From: Polyangiales bacterium
GTDB taxonomy: Bacteria; Myxococcota_A; Polyangia; Polyangiales; JADJQN01
Reading direction: 5' to 3'
NCBI GenBank assembly: GCA_964202905.1
Contig: CAXNJO010000001.1
Coordinates: 704,001-768,000, forward strand
DNA: 64,000 nt
This document shows positions 1 to 12,520 of this stretch, piece by piece (the first letter of the stretch is position 1; each line of letters begins with the position of its first letter). A program made the position numbers and the translations under genes. The notes under the pieces are model-generated. The model was given only the letters and a program-made list of their open reading frames with translations. It had not been told where the DNA came from and did no database searches.

Positions 1-3000
1 CGGGCATCGGGCAGACGCGTCTGATCACGGCGAACAACGTGAAGAGCCTCACGGTCTCGCCTGCGTGGACGACGACGCCGAGCACGACCAGCGGCTATGC
101 GATCTATCCGAACAACACGCTCAACGACACGACTCCAAGCTGGTCCGGCACCATCACCGGCGCGCGCGTGCGTATCCGGAGTGGCACGGGTGCCGGGCAG
201 GAGAGCACGGTCACGGCCAACACGGCGACCCAGCTCACCGTGTCGCCGGCATGGACGACCCCACCGAACGCGACGAGCGTCTACGAGGTGATCGCGGCCT
301 CGGAGCTTAACAAACTCTACGACACCACCAAGACGTGGGCGGTCAACCAGTTCACGACGTTCACCTATGTCGTGCGGATCACCGGTGGTCGCGGTTCGGG
401 GCAGTCGGCCACGGTGACCGCCAACTCCGCCAACGTCCTGACCGTCTCGCCCGCGTGGCCGATCCTCCCGGATACGACCAGCACCTACGAGATCGCCGAG
501 GCGCTCTTCAACGACAAGCTCTATGACCTGACTCCGAGCTGGACGGGCAGCGTCGGCGGCGCGCGCGTGCGCATCCTGAGCGGCACCGGGGCGGGCCAGG
601 AGCGCAACATCACGGCAAGCGCTGCGACTCGCCTCACCGTCTCGCTCGCTTGGACGACCCTCCCGGACGCGACGAGCGTCTACGAGGTGATCGCGGCGGC
701 CGATCTCAACAAGCTCTACGACACGACGCGCAGCTGGACGCTCAATCAGTTCATGGGCTTCACCGTCACCATCACCGGCGGTCGTGGTGCCGGCCAATTC
801 GCCGCCGTCTCCTCGAACACGGCGACCGTGCTCACGGTCGCGGCCGCGTGGGCGACCCTGCCGGACGCGACGAGCACGTACGACATCCGCGAGGCGGCCT
901 TCAACACGCGGCTCTACGACACGACCACGCCCGGTTGGACGGGGACCGTGACGGGCTCGACGGTGTTCATCACCTCGGGAACGGGGGCCGGCCAGAACCG
1001 CGTGATCTCGTCCAACACGCCGACGGTGTTGAACGTCACCCCCGCTTGGGTGACGCAGCCGGACGCGACGAGCAACTACGAGGTCGTCGCCGCCGCGGAC
1101 GTCGTCCGCCTCTACGACACGACGAAGAGTTGGGTGGTCAACCAGTTCATGACTGGCTATGTGGTGAACATCCTCTCGGGTGCAGGCGTGGGCCAGATCC
1201 GCGCGATCTCGAGCAACACCGCGAACGTCCTCACGGTCTCGGCGTGCGTGGGGCGACGATGCCCAACAACACGAGCACCTACGAGATCCGCGAGACGGTC
1301 AGCAACGACAAACTCTACGACACCTCGCCGAGCTGGGCGCCGGCGGACGTGCTCACGGGTCGGACGATCTTCCTGACCTCGGGCATCGGGCTCGGGCCAG
1401 TCGCGCGTCATCAGCGCGAACAACGCGAACAAGATCACCGTCTCGCCGGCGTGGGGCACGCTGCCGGATGCGACGACCGGGTACGCGATCGTCGCAGCGG
1501 CCGACCTCGCCAAGATGTACGTGCCCGTGCGTCCGTGGACGCCGGGCCAGTTCGTCGGCTTCACGCTCACCCTCACGGGCGGACCCGGCGCGGGGCAGTC
1601 GCGCCCGATCACGGCCAACTCGACGACGGACGTCACCGTCATGTCGGCTTGGATGACGCTGCCCGACGCCACGACGACCTACGAGATCCGTGAGACGGTC
1701 ATCAACAACCAGCTCTACGACATGACGCCTGCGTGGGCGGGAAGCGTGAACGGCTACACGCTGTTCCTCACGGCGGGCACGGGCGCCAGCCAGACCCGGA
1801 CGGTGACGGCGACGGCGCCGACGCGGCTCACCGTGAGCAGCCCGTGGGCCACGCAGCCCGATGCGACGACGCAGTACCGCCTGGTCGCGCCGGCGGTCTT
1901 CACGACGGTCACGGACACGACCAAGTCGTGGATCATGAACGAGTTCGCGACGGCGTTCACCTTCCGCATCGTCTCCGGCACGGGCGTTGGTCAGACGAGC
2001 GTGATCACCAGCAACACGAGCAACTCGCTGACGCTCGCGACGGCGCTGACGACGCTCCCGGACGCCACGACCGTCTACGAGATCCGCGAAACCGTCATCA
2101 ACGACAAGCTCTACGACACGACGCCGAGCTGGTCGGGGAGCGTGGTGGGCTCGACGGTGTTGCTGACGGGCGGGACGGGCGCGGGCCAGCTCCGCACGAT
2201 CTCTGCGAACACGACGACGAAGCTGACGGTGTCGGCGGTTTGGACGACGAACCCGGACGCGACGACGCAGTACGAGGTCATCCCGGCTGCGGAGCTGACG
2301 AAGCTCTACGACACGTCCAAGTCGTGGGCGATGAACCAGTTCACGCCCGGGTACATCGTGAGCATCCTGACGGGCGCGGGCGCGGGCCAGACGCGCAACG
2401 TCGTGTCGAACACGAACAACGTCGTCACGGTGGATGCGCCGTGGATGACGCTGCCGAACACGACGAGCACGTACGAGATCCGCGAAGCGGTGATCAACAA
2501 CAAGCTGTACGACGCGACGGTGCCGGGCTGGGTGACGGGCCTCGCGCTGAATGGCTCGACGGTGCTCCTGACGGGCGGCAGGGGCGCGGGCCAGTCGAAT
2601 ACGATCATGGCGAACACGGCGACGAAGCTGACGCTCAACAGCGCGTGGGCGCCGGAGCCGGATGCGACGACGACGTACGAGGTCGTGGCGCCGGCGGAGT
2701 TCACGAAGCTCTACGACACGACGAAGAGTTGGGTGGTCAACCAGTTCATGACTGGCTATGTGGTGAACATCCTGACGGGCGCGGGTGCGGGCCAGACGCG
2801 CCCCATCGTGTCGAACACGAACAACGTGCTGACGGTGTCTGCGCCGTGGTCACCGCTGCCGAACGCGACGAGCACGTACGTGATCCGCGAAGCGGTCACG
2901 AACGACAAGCTCTTCGACACGACGGTGCCGAGCTGGGCGCCTGCGGCCGCGTGCTGAACGGGCTCGACGGTGTTCATCACGGCAGGGCACGGGCGCGGGC

Positions 3001-6000
3001 CAGTCGCAGCACGATCACGGCGAACACGGCGACGCGCCTCACGGTCAACAGCGCGTGGGGCACGCAGCCGGACGGGACGAGCCAGTACGAGATCGTCGCG
3101 GCGGGCGAGTTCACGAAGCTGTACGACACGACGCGTTCGTGGACGCCCGGCCAGTTCGCGGGCTTCACGGTGACGATTATTGGGGGCGCGGGCGCGGGCC
3201 AGGTTCGCCCGGTGACGGGGAACGGCGCGACGGACCTGACGGTGTCTGGGGCGTGGATGACGCTGCCGAACAGCACGAGCACGTACGAGATCCGCGAGAC
3301 GGTGATCAACGACAAGCTCTACGACACCACAGTGCCGGCGTGGTCGGGGGTCGTGAGTGGGTTGACGCTGGTGCTGACGGGCGGGACGGGCGCGGGTCAG
3401 ATCCGCACGATCTCTGCGAACACGGCGACGAAGCTGACGGTGTCGGCGGTGTGGACGACGCAGCCGGACGCGACGACGCAGTACCTGGTTTTCGCGGGCA
3501 CGGAGCTGAGCCGTCTGTACGACACGACCAAGAGCTGGGTCGTGGGCGAGTTCATGGGCTTTGAGCTGAGCATCACGGCGGGTCCGGGAGCCGGTCAGAC
3601 GCGGACGGTGTCTTCGAACACGTTGAATTCGCTCACGATCTCGGCGCCGTGGATGACACTGCCCAGCACGGCGAGCACTTATGTGCTGCGTGAGGTGGTG
3701 GTCAACAACAAGCTCTACGACACGACGGTGCCTGCGTGGTCGGGGAGCGTGATGGGCTCGACGGTGTTGCTGACGGGCGGGACGGGCGCGGGCCAGCTCC
3801 GCACGATCTCGACGAACACGGCGACGAAGCTGACGGTGTCGGCGGTGTGGACGACGAACCCGGACGCGACGACGCAGTACGAGGTCATCCCGGCGGCGGA
3901 GCTGACGAAGCTCTACGACACGACCAAGTCGTGGGCGATGAACCAGTTCACGCCCGGGTACATCGTGAGCATCCTGACGGGCGCGGGCGCGGGCCAGACG
4001 CGCAACGTCGTGTCGAACACGAACAACGTCGTCACGGTGGATGCGCCGTGGATGACGCTGCCGAACACGACGAGCACGTACGAGATCCGCGAAGCGGTGA
4101 TCAACAACAAGCTGTACGACGCGACGGTGCCGGGCTGGGTGACGGGCCTCGCGCTGAATGGCTCGACGGTGCTCCTGACGGGCGGCAGGGGCGCGGGCCA
4201 GTCGAATACGATCATGGCGAACACGGCGACGAAGCTGACGCTCAACAGCGCGTGGGCCGCCGGAGCCGGATGCGACGACGACGTACGAGGTCGTGGCGCC
4301 GGCGGAGTTCACGAAGCTCTACGACACGACGAAGAGTTGGGTGGTCAACCAGTTCATGACTGGCTATGTGGTGAACATCCTGACGGGCGCGGGTGCGGGC
4401 CAGACGCGCCCCATCGTGTCGAACACGAACAACGTGCTGACGGTGTCTGCGCCGTGGTCACCGCTGCCGAACGCGACGAGCACGTACGTGATCCGCGAAG
4501 CGGTCGTGAGCGACAAGCTGTTCGACACGACGGTGCCGGGCTGGGTAACGGGCCCCGCGTTGAACGGCTCGACGGTGTTCATCACGGCAGGGACGGGCGC
4601 GGGTCAGTCGCGCACGATCACGGCGAACACGGCGACGCGCCTCACGGTCAACAGCGCGTGGGGCACGCAGCCGGACGGGACGAGCCAGTACGAGATCGTC
4701 GCGGCGGGCGAGTTCACGAAGCTGTACGACACGACGCGTTCGTGGACGCCCGGCCAGTTCGCGGGCTTCACGGTGACGATTATTGGGGGCGCGGGCGCGG
4801 GCCAGGTTCGCCCGGTGACGGGGAACGGCGCGACGGACCTGACGGTGTCTGGGGCGTGGATGACGCTGCCGAACAGCACGAGCACGTACGAGATCCGCGA
4901 GACGGTGATCAACGACAAGCTCTACGACACCACAGTGCCGGCGTGGTCGGGGGTCGTGAGTGGGTTGACGCTGGTGCTGACGGGCGGGACGGGCGCGGGT
5001 CAGATCCGCACGATCTCTGACGAACACGGCGACGAAGCTGACGGTGTCGGCGGTGTGGACGACGCAGCCGGACGCGACGACGCAGTATGTGGTCCTCGCC
5101 AGCACCGAGCTGAGCCGTCTCTACGACACGACCAAGAGCTGGGTCGTGGGCGAGTTCATGGGCTTTGAGCTGAGCATCACGGCGGGTCCGGGAGCCGGTC
5201 AGACGCGGACGGTGTCTTCGAACACGTTGAATTCGCTCACGATCTCGGCGCCGTGGATGACACTGCCCAGCACGGCGAGCACTTATGTGCTGCGTGAGGT
5301 GGTGGTCAACAACAAGCTCTACGACACGACGGTGCCTGCGTGGTCGGGGAGCGTGATGGGCTCGACGGTGTTGCTGACGGGCGGGACGGGCGCGGGCCAG
5401 CTCCGCACGATCTCTGACGAACACGGCGACGAAGCTGACGGTGTCGGCGGTTTGGACGACGAACCCGGACGCGACGACGCAGTACGAGGTCATCCCGGCT
5501 GCGGAGCTGACGAAGCTCTACGACACGACCAAGTCGTGGGCGATGAACCAGTTCACGCCCGGGTACATCGTGAGCATCCTGACGGGCGCGGGCGCGGGCC
5601 AGACGCGCAACGTCGTGTCGAACACGAACAACGTCGTCACGGTGGATGCGCCGTGGATGACGCTGCCGAACACGACGAGCACGTACGAGATCCGCGAAGC
5701 GGTGATCAACAACAAGCTGTACGACGCGACGGTGCCGGGCTGGGTGACGGGCCTCGCGCTGAATGGCTCGACGGTGCTCCTGACGGGCGGCAGGGGCGCG
5801 GGCCAGTCGAATACGATCATGGCGAACACGGCGACGAAGCTGACGCTCAACAGCGCGTGGGCCATCGAGCCGGACGCGACGACGACGTACGAGGTCGTGG
5901 CGCCGGCGGAGTTCACGAAGCTCTACGACACGACGAAGAGTTGGGTGGTCAACCAGTTCATGACTGGCTATGTGGTGAACATCCTGACGGGCGCGGGTGC

Positions 6001-9000
6001 GGGCCAGACGCGCCCCATCGTGTCGAACACGAACAACGTGCTGACGGTGTCTGCGCCGTGGTCACCGCTGCCGAACGCGACGAGCACGTACGTGATCCGC
6101 GAAGCGGTCGTGAGCGACAAGCTGTTCGACACGACGGTGCCGGGCTGGGTAACGGGCCCCGCGTTGAACGGCTCGACGGTGTTCATCACGGCAGGGACGG
6201 GCGCGGGTCAGTCGCGCACGATCACGGCGAACACGGCGACGCGCCTCACGGTCAACAGCGCGTGGGGCACGCAGCCGGACGGGACGAGCCAGTACGAGAT
6301 CGTCGCGGCGGGCGAGTTCACGAAGCTGTACGACACGACGCGTTCGTGGACGCCCGGCCAGTTCGCGGGCTTCACGGTGACGATTATTGGGGGCGCGGGC
6401 GCGGGCCAGGTTCGCCCGGTGACGGGGAACGGCGCGACGGACCTGACGGTGTCTGGGGCGTGGATGACGCTGCCGAACAGCACGAGCACGTACGAGATCC
6501 GCGAGACGGTGATCAACGACAAGCTCTACGACACCACAGTGCCGGCGTGGTCGGGGGTCGTGAGTGGGTTGACGCTGGTGCTGACGGGCGGGACGGGCGC
6601 GGGTCAGATCCGCACGATCTCTGACGAACACGGCGACGAAGCTGACGGTGTCGGCGGTGTGGACGACGCAGCCGGACGCGACGACGCAGTACCTGGTCCT
6701 CGCCAGCACCGAGCTGAGCCGTCTCTACGACACGACCAAGAGCTGGGTCGTGGGCGAGTTCATGGGCTTTGAGCTGAGCATCACGGCGGGTCCGGGAGCC
6801 GGTCAGACGCGGACGGTGTCTTCGAACACGTTGAATTCGCTCACGATCTCGGCGCCGTGGATGACACTGCCCAGCACGGCGAGCACTTATGTGCTGCGTG
6901 AGGTGGTGGTCAACAACAAGCTCTACGACACGACGGTGCCTGCGTGGTCGGGGAGCGTGGCGGGTTCGACGGTGTTGCTGACGGGCGGGACGGGCGCGGG
7001 CCAGCTCCGCACGATCTCTGACGAACACGGCGACGAAGCTGACGGTGTCGGCGGTGTGGACGACGAACCCGGACGCGACGACGCAGTACGAGGTCATCCC
7101 GGCTGCGGAGCTGACGAAGCTCTACGACACGACCAAGTCGTGGGCGATGAACCAGTTCACGCCCGGGTACATCGTGAGCATCCTGACGGGCGCGGGCGCG
7201 GGCCAGACGCGCAACGTCGTGTCGAACACGAACAACGTCGTCACGGTGGATGCGCCGTGGATGACGCTGCCGAACACGACGAGCACGTACGAGATCCGCG
7301 AAGCGGTGATCAACAACAAGCTGTACGACGCGACGGTGCCGGGCTGGGTGACGGGCCTCGCGCTGAATGGCTCGACGGTGCTCCTGACGGGCGGCAGGGG
7401 CGCGGGCCAGTCGAATACGATCATGGCGAACACGGCGACGAAGCTGACGCTCAACAGCGCGTGGGCCATCGAGCCGGACGCGACGACGACGTACGAGGTC
7501 GTGGCGCCGGCGGAGTTCACGAAGCTCTACGACACGACGAAGAGTTGGGTGGTCAACCAGTTCATGACTGGCTATGTGGTGAACATCCTGACGGGCGCGG
7601 GTGCGGGCCAGACGCGCCCCATCGTGTCGAACACGAACAACGTGCTGACGGTGTCTGCGCCGTGGTCACCGCTGCCGAACGCGACGAGCACGTACGAGAT
7701 CCGCGAGACCGTCGTGAGCGACAAGCTCTACGACACGACAGCGCCGAGCTGGGTAATGGGCACCGCGTCGTACGGCTCGACCGTGTTCATCACCGCGGGG
7801 ACGGGCGCGGGGCAGTCGCGCGTCGATCACGGCGAACACCGCGACCCGCCTGACGCTCGCCTCGAGCTGGGTGACGCTGCCCGACGCGACGAGCCAGTAC
7901 CGGATCGCCGGGGCCGCCGATGTGCTGCGCCTCCTCGATGCGGGCGCGGGATGGACGGTGGATCGGTTCGTCGGATACACGGTCGAGATCCTCTCCGGCG
8001 CGGGCGCGGGTCAGACGCGCGTGATCAGCTCGAACACCGTCGACGTCCTCACGGTCACCACCGCCTGGACGACGCTGCCGGACGCGACGAGCAACTACCA
8101 GATCCGCGAGACCAACCTCGCCGACAAGCTCTTCGACACGACGAAGAGCTGGACGACGAACGTCTACGCGGGCACGACGGTCACCATCACGGGCGGGACG
8201 GGCGTCGGCCAGGTCCGCACGGTGGTGAGCAACACGAACAACCGCCTCACCGTCACGCCCGCGTGGGCCACGCTGCCCGGCGCGACGACCACGTACCGGG
8301 TCGGGACTGGCGCCGTCGGCGAGCTCAACAAGCTCTACGACTTCACGCAGGCGTGGGTCCCCGGGAGCCTCGTGGGCTTCACGGTCCGGATCACCGGCGG
8401 TCTCGGCTCGGGTCAGACCCGCACGATCTCCGCCAACGACGCGACCAGCGTCACCGTCTCGGTGAACTGGGTCACCGTGCCGAACACGACGAGCACGTAT
8501 GAGATCACGGGTCTCAACAACGTGCTCTACGACCTCGACCTCCCGACGCCCTGGGCGACCAACCAGTTCGCCGGTTACAAACTCTTCATCAGCTCGGGGC
8601 GCGGCGCGGGTCAGACGCGCACGGTCTCCGGCAACGCCGCGCGCACCCTCACCGTCTCGGCGGCGTGGGCGACGATCCCCGACACCACGAGCGTCTACCA
8701 GCTCTCGAACGAGGACTACTACACCCCGTACTTCGCGGGTGGCCACGTGCCTCCGACCTACACGCAGACCGTGGCCGCGCTGAACGCGCGCGGCATCAAG
8801 GTCATCGTCGTCGATTCGAGCGGCGGCTACGCCCCCGCGCTCCGAGACGCGCGGGAGATCGCCACGGCGACCGGCGCCCTCGGGCCGACGGGCGCGCCGC
8901 TCGTCTACAGCATCAGCCCCTCCGGAACGGGTCTCGGGACGGCGGTCGCGAGCGCGGTCGCCGACCTCGCGAGCTACTCGCGTCTGGACATCACCGCGCG

Positions 9001-9649
9001 CGCCAACGACAACCCGGCGACGCCGTTCGACGAGCGCACGCTCGTGGCGTCGATCCTCGCGGTGGCGGGCTCGTACGCGCCCGGTCGCTGCACGGGGATC
9101 ACCGGCGGCGTGCAGTTCAACCAGTGCCTGCCGGGCACCGGCGTGACCTTCCAGGTCAACTTCACGGGCGTCGTCATGCCGACCAGCGTGCCGCAGCGCT
9201 TCGATTTCACGATCGACACGCTCGGCAACGGCAGCCAGATCATATCGACGACGCCCGTCACGATCATCATCCCGCCGACCTCGCCCGCGTATCCGCCCAG
9301 CGGCACGTACACGCGCGACTTCGACGCCACGATGCGCTGCGCCGGCACGGAGGTTCCGCGCTGGGGCAACCTGTCGTGGACGGCGACGCTCCCCACGGGC
9401 ACCAGCATCTCCTGGACGCTGCGCTCGGCGACGACGACGGCGGCCCTCGCCGCGGCGACGCCGGTGACCTTCTCGACGCCGACCTTGAGCAGCCCGCAGA
9501 ACGCCGGCAGCCAGCTGATCGCCGGCGGGGTTCCCGCGACCCTGCCCCACATGCGCGTGACCGCGACGCTGAACTCCAACGCGGCGCGCAGCGCGGCGCC
9601 GACCCTCTCGAGCTTCAACCTGCTCTACGACTGCGTGGCGGGCGAGTAG
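1..9649 (+). CDS. Giant Thr-rich repetitive surface protein/adhesin (5' end outside window; multiple frameshifts) with C-terminal vWA-like half-domain, Ig-like domain and Cys-bracketed terminal domain
   Basis: ORFs 39-1376, 1515-2957, part of 1733-5020, 4293-5168, 5044-, 5441-6772, 6648-, 7045-8502 and 7871-9649 all encode the same ~66-aa unit (KLYDTTxxWxxNQFxGxxVxIxxGxGAGQxRxIxxNTxxxLTVxxAWxTxPDxTSxYEI) in changing frames. The unique C-terminus starts at ~8710 and ends with TAG at 9649. Confidence 0.85.
2100..7740 (+). repeat. Near-identical intragenic tandem repeat, ~1602-bp unit, ~3.5 copies
   Basis: Anchor GGTCGGGGAGCGTG recurs at 2131, 3738, 5342 and 6946. The 1604-bp spacings each include two +1 insertions, giving a 1602-bp (534-aa) unit. 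Confidence 0.9.
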
Positions 9650-9665
9650 CGCGCGGCGGGACGCG

Positions 9666-11042
9666 ATGAGCGAGACCGCCACGTACACCGCGCGGCCCCG
9701 GGCGCCCGGACCCTCCGGGCGCTACGGGCTGCGCAACGTCGCGCGGTTCGTGCGCGACCCGCTCTCGTTCCTGCGCGGGCTCTCGACGCGGTACGGCGAC
9801 GTCGTGCAGCTGAAGCTGCTCGGCAAGCCGTACTTCGTGCTCAGCCACCCGGACGACATCGAGGCGGTCCTCGTGCAGCACGCGCGCTCGATGGGGCGCG
9901 ACGAGTACGTCGAGGTGCTCAAGAACGCGCTCGGGCTCGGACTGCTCACGAGCGACGGCGAGCTCTGGAAGCGGCAGCGCAAGCTGATGTCGCAGGCCTT
10001 CGCGCCGCGCCGCATCGCGGCGTACGCCGACGCGATGGCGCGCGTCACGGACGCGGGGCTCACGCGCTGGCGGGATGGCGCGGTCGTGAACCTCCACGCG
10101 GAGATGTCGCGGCTCACGATGGAGGTCGTCGCCGAGGTGCTCTTCGGCGCGGGACTTCGGGCCGACGACGTCGCGCTCGTCGGGCACGCGATGGAGGAGG
10201 TCAACGCCTTCTTCGCGAACAGCCCCGAGGCGCTGTTGAAGATCCCCACGCGCGTGCCGACGCCGCGCAACCGCCGCTTCGTGAAGGCCGTCGCGGCGCT
10301 CGACACGCTGCTCTTCCGCATCCTCGCCGAGCGCCGCGCCGGGCCCGCGCGCGACGACCTGCTCGGCACGCTGCTCGCCGCGCAGGACGACGACGGCGCG
10401 CGCATGAGCGATCAGCAGCTGCGCGACGAGGCGATCACGCTCTTTCTCGCGGGGCACGAGACGACGGCGCTCGCGCTCGCGCACACGCTCTACCTCCTCG
10501 CGCGGCACCCCGAGATCGAGAAGAAACTCCACGCCGAGCTGCGCGCGGTGCTCGGCGATCGCCTGCCGACGGCCGCGGACGTGCGCGCGCTGCCCTACAC
10601 GGAGTGCGTGCTCAAGGAGGCGATGCGCCTCTATCCGCCCGCGTGGACGACGGGGCGCGAGGTGCTCGAGCCGATCGAGGTGCGCGGCGTGTCCATGCCG
10701 AAGGGCGCGCAGATCTTCTTGAGTCAGTGGGTCGTACACCACGATGCGCGATGGTTTCCGGATCCGGAGCGCTTCGACCCCGAGCGCTTCACACCCGAGC
10801 GCGCGAAGGCGCTGCCGCGCTACGCGTACTTCCCCTTCGGCGGCGGGCCGCGCATCTGCATCGGCAATCATTTCGCGATGATGGAGGCGACGCTGATGCT
10901 CGCGCTCATCGTCGGGCGCTGGCAGCTCGCGCTCGAGCCCGGACAGAAGCTCGAGCTCGCGCCTTCGGTGACGCTGCGGCAGCGCGGGCCGGGCCTGCGC
11001 GTGCGGCTGCGTTCGCGTCCGCGTGAGAGCGTGTCGGCATGA
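9666..11042 (+). CDS. Cytochrome P450
   Basis: I-helix AGHETT, K-helix EAMR (ExxR), PERF motif, heme-binding FGGGPRICIG. Confidence 0.97.
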   Translation: MSETATYTARPRAPGPSGRYGLRNVARFVRDPLSFLRGLSTRYGDVVQLKLLGKPYFVLSHPDDIEAVLVQHARSMGRDEYVEVLKNALGLGLLTSDGELWKRQRKLMSQAFAPRRIAAYADAMARVTDAGLTRWRDGAVVNLHAEMSRLTMEVVAEVLFGAGLRADDVALVGHAMEEVNAFFANSPEALLKIPTRVPTPRNRRFVKAVAALDTLLFRILAERRAGPARDDLLGTLLAAQDDDGARMSDQQLRDEAITLFLAGHETTALALAHTLYLLARHPEIEKKLHAELRAVLGDRLPTAADVRALPYTECVLKEAMRLYPPAWTTGREVLEPIEVRGVSMPKGAQIFLSQWVVHHDARWFPDPERFDPERFTPERAKALPRYAYFPFGGGPRICIGNHFAMMEATLMLALIVGRWQLALEPGQKLELAPSVTLRQRGPGLRVRLRSRPRESVSA

Positions 11043-12472
11043 CCCGCGCCGCGAGCCCCGCGGCCGTCGAGCGTGCCTTGATCGAGATGGACGCTGCGTT
11101 GCCGAGCGGCGCGGTGCTGCGCGACGCCGACGTGCTCGCCGCGTACGCGCACGACGAGAGCGAGACGACGCCGTGCACGCCGGACGCCGTCGTGCGTGCG
11201 GGGAGCACGGCGGAGGTCGCGGCGGTGCTGCGCGCCGCGCACGCGCACGGCGTCCCCGTCACGCCGCGTGCGGGCGGCACGGGCCGTGTCGGCGGCGCGG
11301 TGCCGGTCGCGGGCGGGATCGTGCTCAGCGTCGAGCGCATGCGCGACGTGAAGGGCGTCGAGCGCGACGAGCTGCTCGCGGTCGCGGGGCCGGGCGTGGT
11401 GTTGCAGACGCTCCACGAGACGGTCGAGCGCGAGGGGCTCTTCTATCCGCCGGACCCCTCGTCGCTCGCCTCGTGTCGGCTCGGCGGCAACGTCGCGGCC
11501 AACGCGGGCGGGCCGCGCGCCTTCAAATACGGCACGACGCGCGACTTCGTGCTCGGCCTGGAGGCCGTCACCGCGGACGGCACCGTGCTCCAGCTCGGGC
11601 GCCGCACGCGCAAGGGCGTGACGGGCTACGACCTCACCGGGCTCGTCGTCGGCAGCGAGGGCACGCTCGCCGTTGTCACCGAGGTCACGCTGCGTCTCGT
11701 GCCGCTGCCCGAGCGTGTCGCGACGCTGCTCGTGCTCCTGCGCGACGTGCACGCCGCCGCGCGCGCGGTGAGCGCGATCGTGGCGCGGCGCGTGGTTCCG
11801 CGCTGCCTCGAGCTGCTCGACGCGGCGACGCTCGAGATCCTGCGCCCGGCGACCTCGCTGCCGCTCGATCCGCGCGCGGGGGCGCTGCTCCTCGTCGAGC
11901 TCGACGGCGGCGACGCGACGCTCGACGCCGAGCTCGCCACGATCTCGGCCGCGCTCGACGATCTTGGCGTGCTCGACGTGCTCGTCGCGAAGAGCGAGGC
12001 CGACCGCGCGCGGCTCTGGGCAGCGCGCCGCGACCTCAGCTACGCGACGCGCCGCATGGCCCGCTTCAAGCTCAGCGAGGACATCGTCGTGCCGCGCACG
12101 CGGCTGCCCGCGCTGCTCGAGGCCGTCGCGCAGATCGCCGAGCGCGAGCGGCTGCGCATGCCGGCCTATGGCCACGCGGGCGACGGCAACCTGCACGTCG
12201 CGCTGCTCTGGGACGCGCCCGAGGATCGGCCGCGCGTCGACCGCGCGATCGAGTCGCTGTTCCGCGCGACGGTCGCGCTCGGCGGCACGCTGAGCGGCGA
12301 GCACGGGATCGGCGTGCTGAAGGCGCCGTACCTCGGCCTCGAGCAGAGCGACGCGCTCATCGCGTTGCAGGAGCGGGTGAAGGCGACCTTCGACCCGCGC
12401 GGGATCCTCAACCCGGGCAAGGTCTTCCCCGCGCAGGCGGCGCGCTTCCCGCACACGCACGGCGGCTGCTGA
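11039..12472 (+). CDS. FAD-linked oxidase, GlcD / D-2-hydroxyacid dehydrogenase family
   Basis: PRAGGTG, YPPDPSS, GGNVAANAGG, GSEGTL, GHAGDGNLH, SGEHGIG and DPRGILNPGK motifs; start overlaps the P450 stop. Confidence 0.93.
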   Translation: MTRAASPAAVERALIEMDAALPSGAVLRDADVLAAYAHDESETTPCTPDAVVRAGSTAEVAAVLRAAHAHGVPVTPRAGGTGRVGGAVPVAGGIVLSVERMRDVKGVERDELLAVAGPGVVLQTLHETVEREGLFYPPDPSSLASCRLGGNVAANAGGPRAFKYGTTRDFVLGLEAVTADGTVLQLGRRTRKGVTGYDLTGLVVGSEGTLAVVTEVTLRLVPLPERVATLLVLLRDVHAAARAVSAIVARRVVPRCLELLDAATLEILRPATSLPLDPRAGALLLVELDGGDATLDAELATISAALDDLGVLDVLVAKSEADRARLWAARRDLSYATRRMARFKLSEDIVVPRTRLPALLEAVAQIAERERLRMPAYGHAGDGNLHVALLWDAPEDRPRVDRAIESLFRATVALGGTLSGEHGIGVLKAPYLGLEQSDALIALQERVKATFDPRGILNPGKVFPAQAARFPHTHGGC

Positions 12473-12520
12473 CGCCGCCCGCCGGCGGTGAACCGCGGCG
12501 CGCACCGTGCGTCCTGGGGG

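Noticed and set aside
1..8710. Programmed frameshifting or diversity-generating retroelement in the repeat gene
   Set aside because: No slippery homopolymer runs at the shifts, no reverse transcriptase, and no adenine-specific variation; the shifts look like consensus errors.
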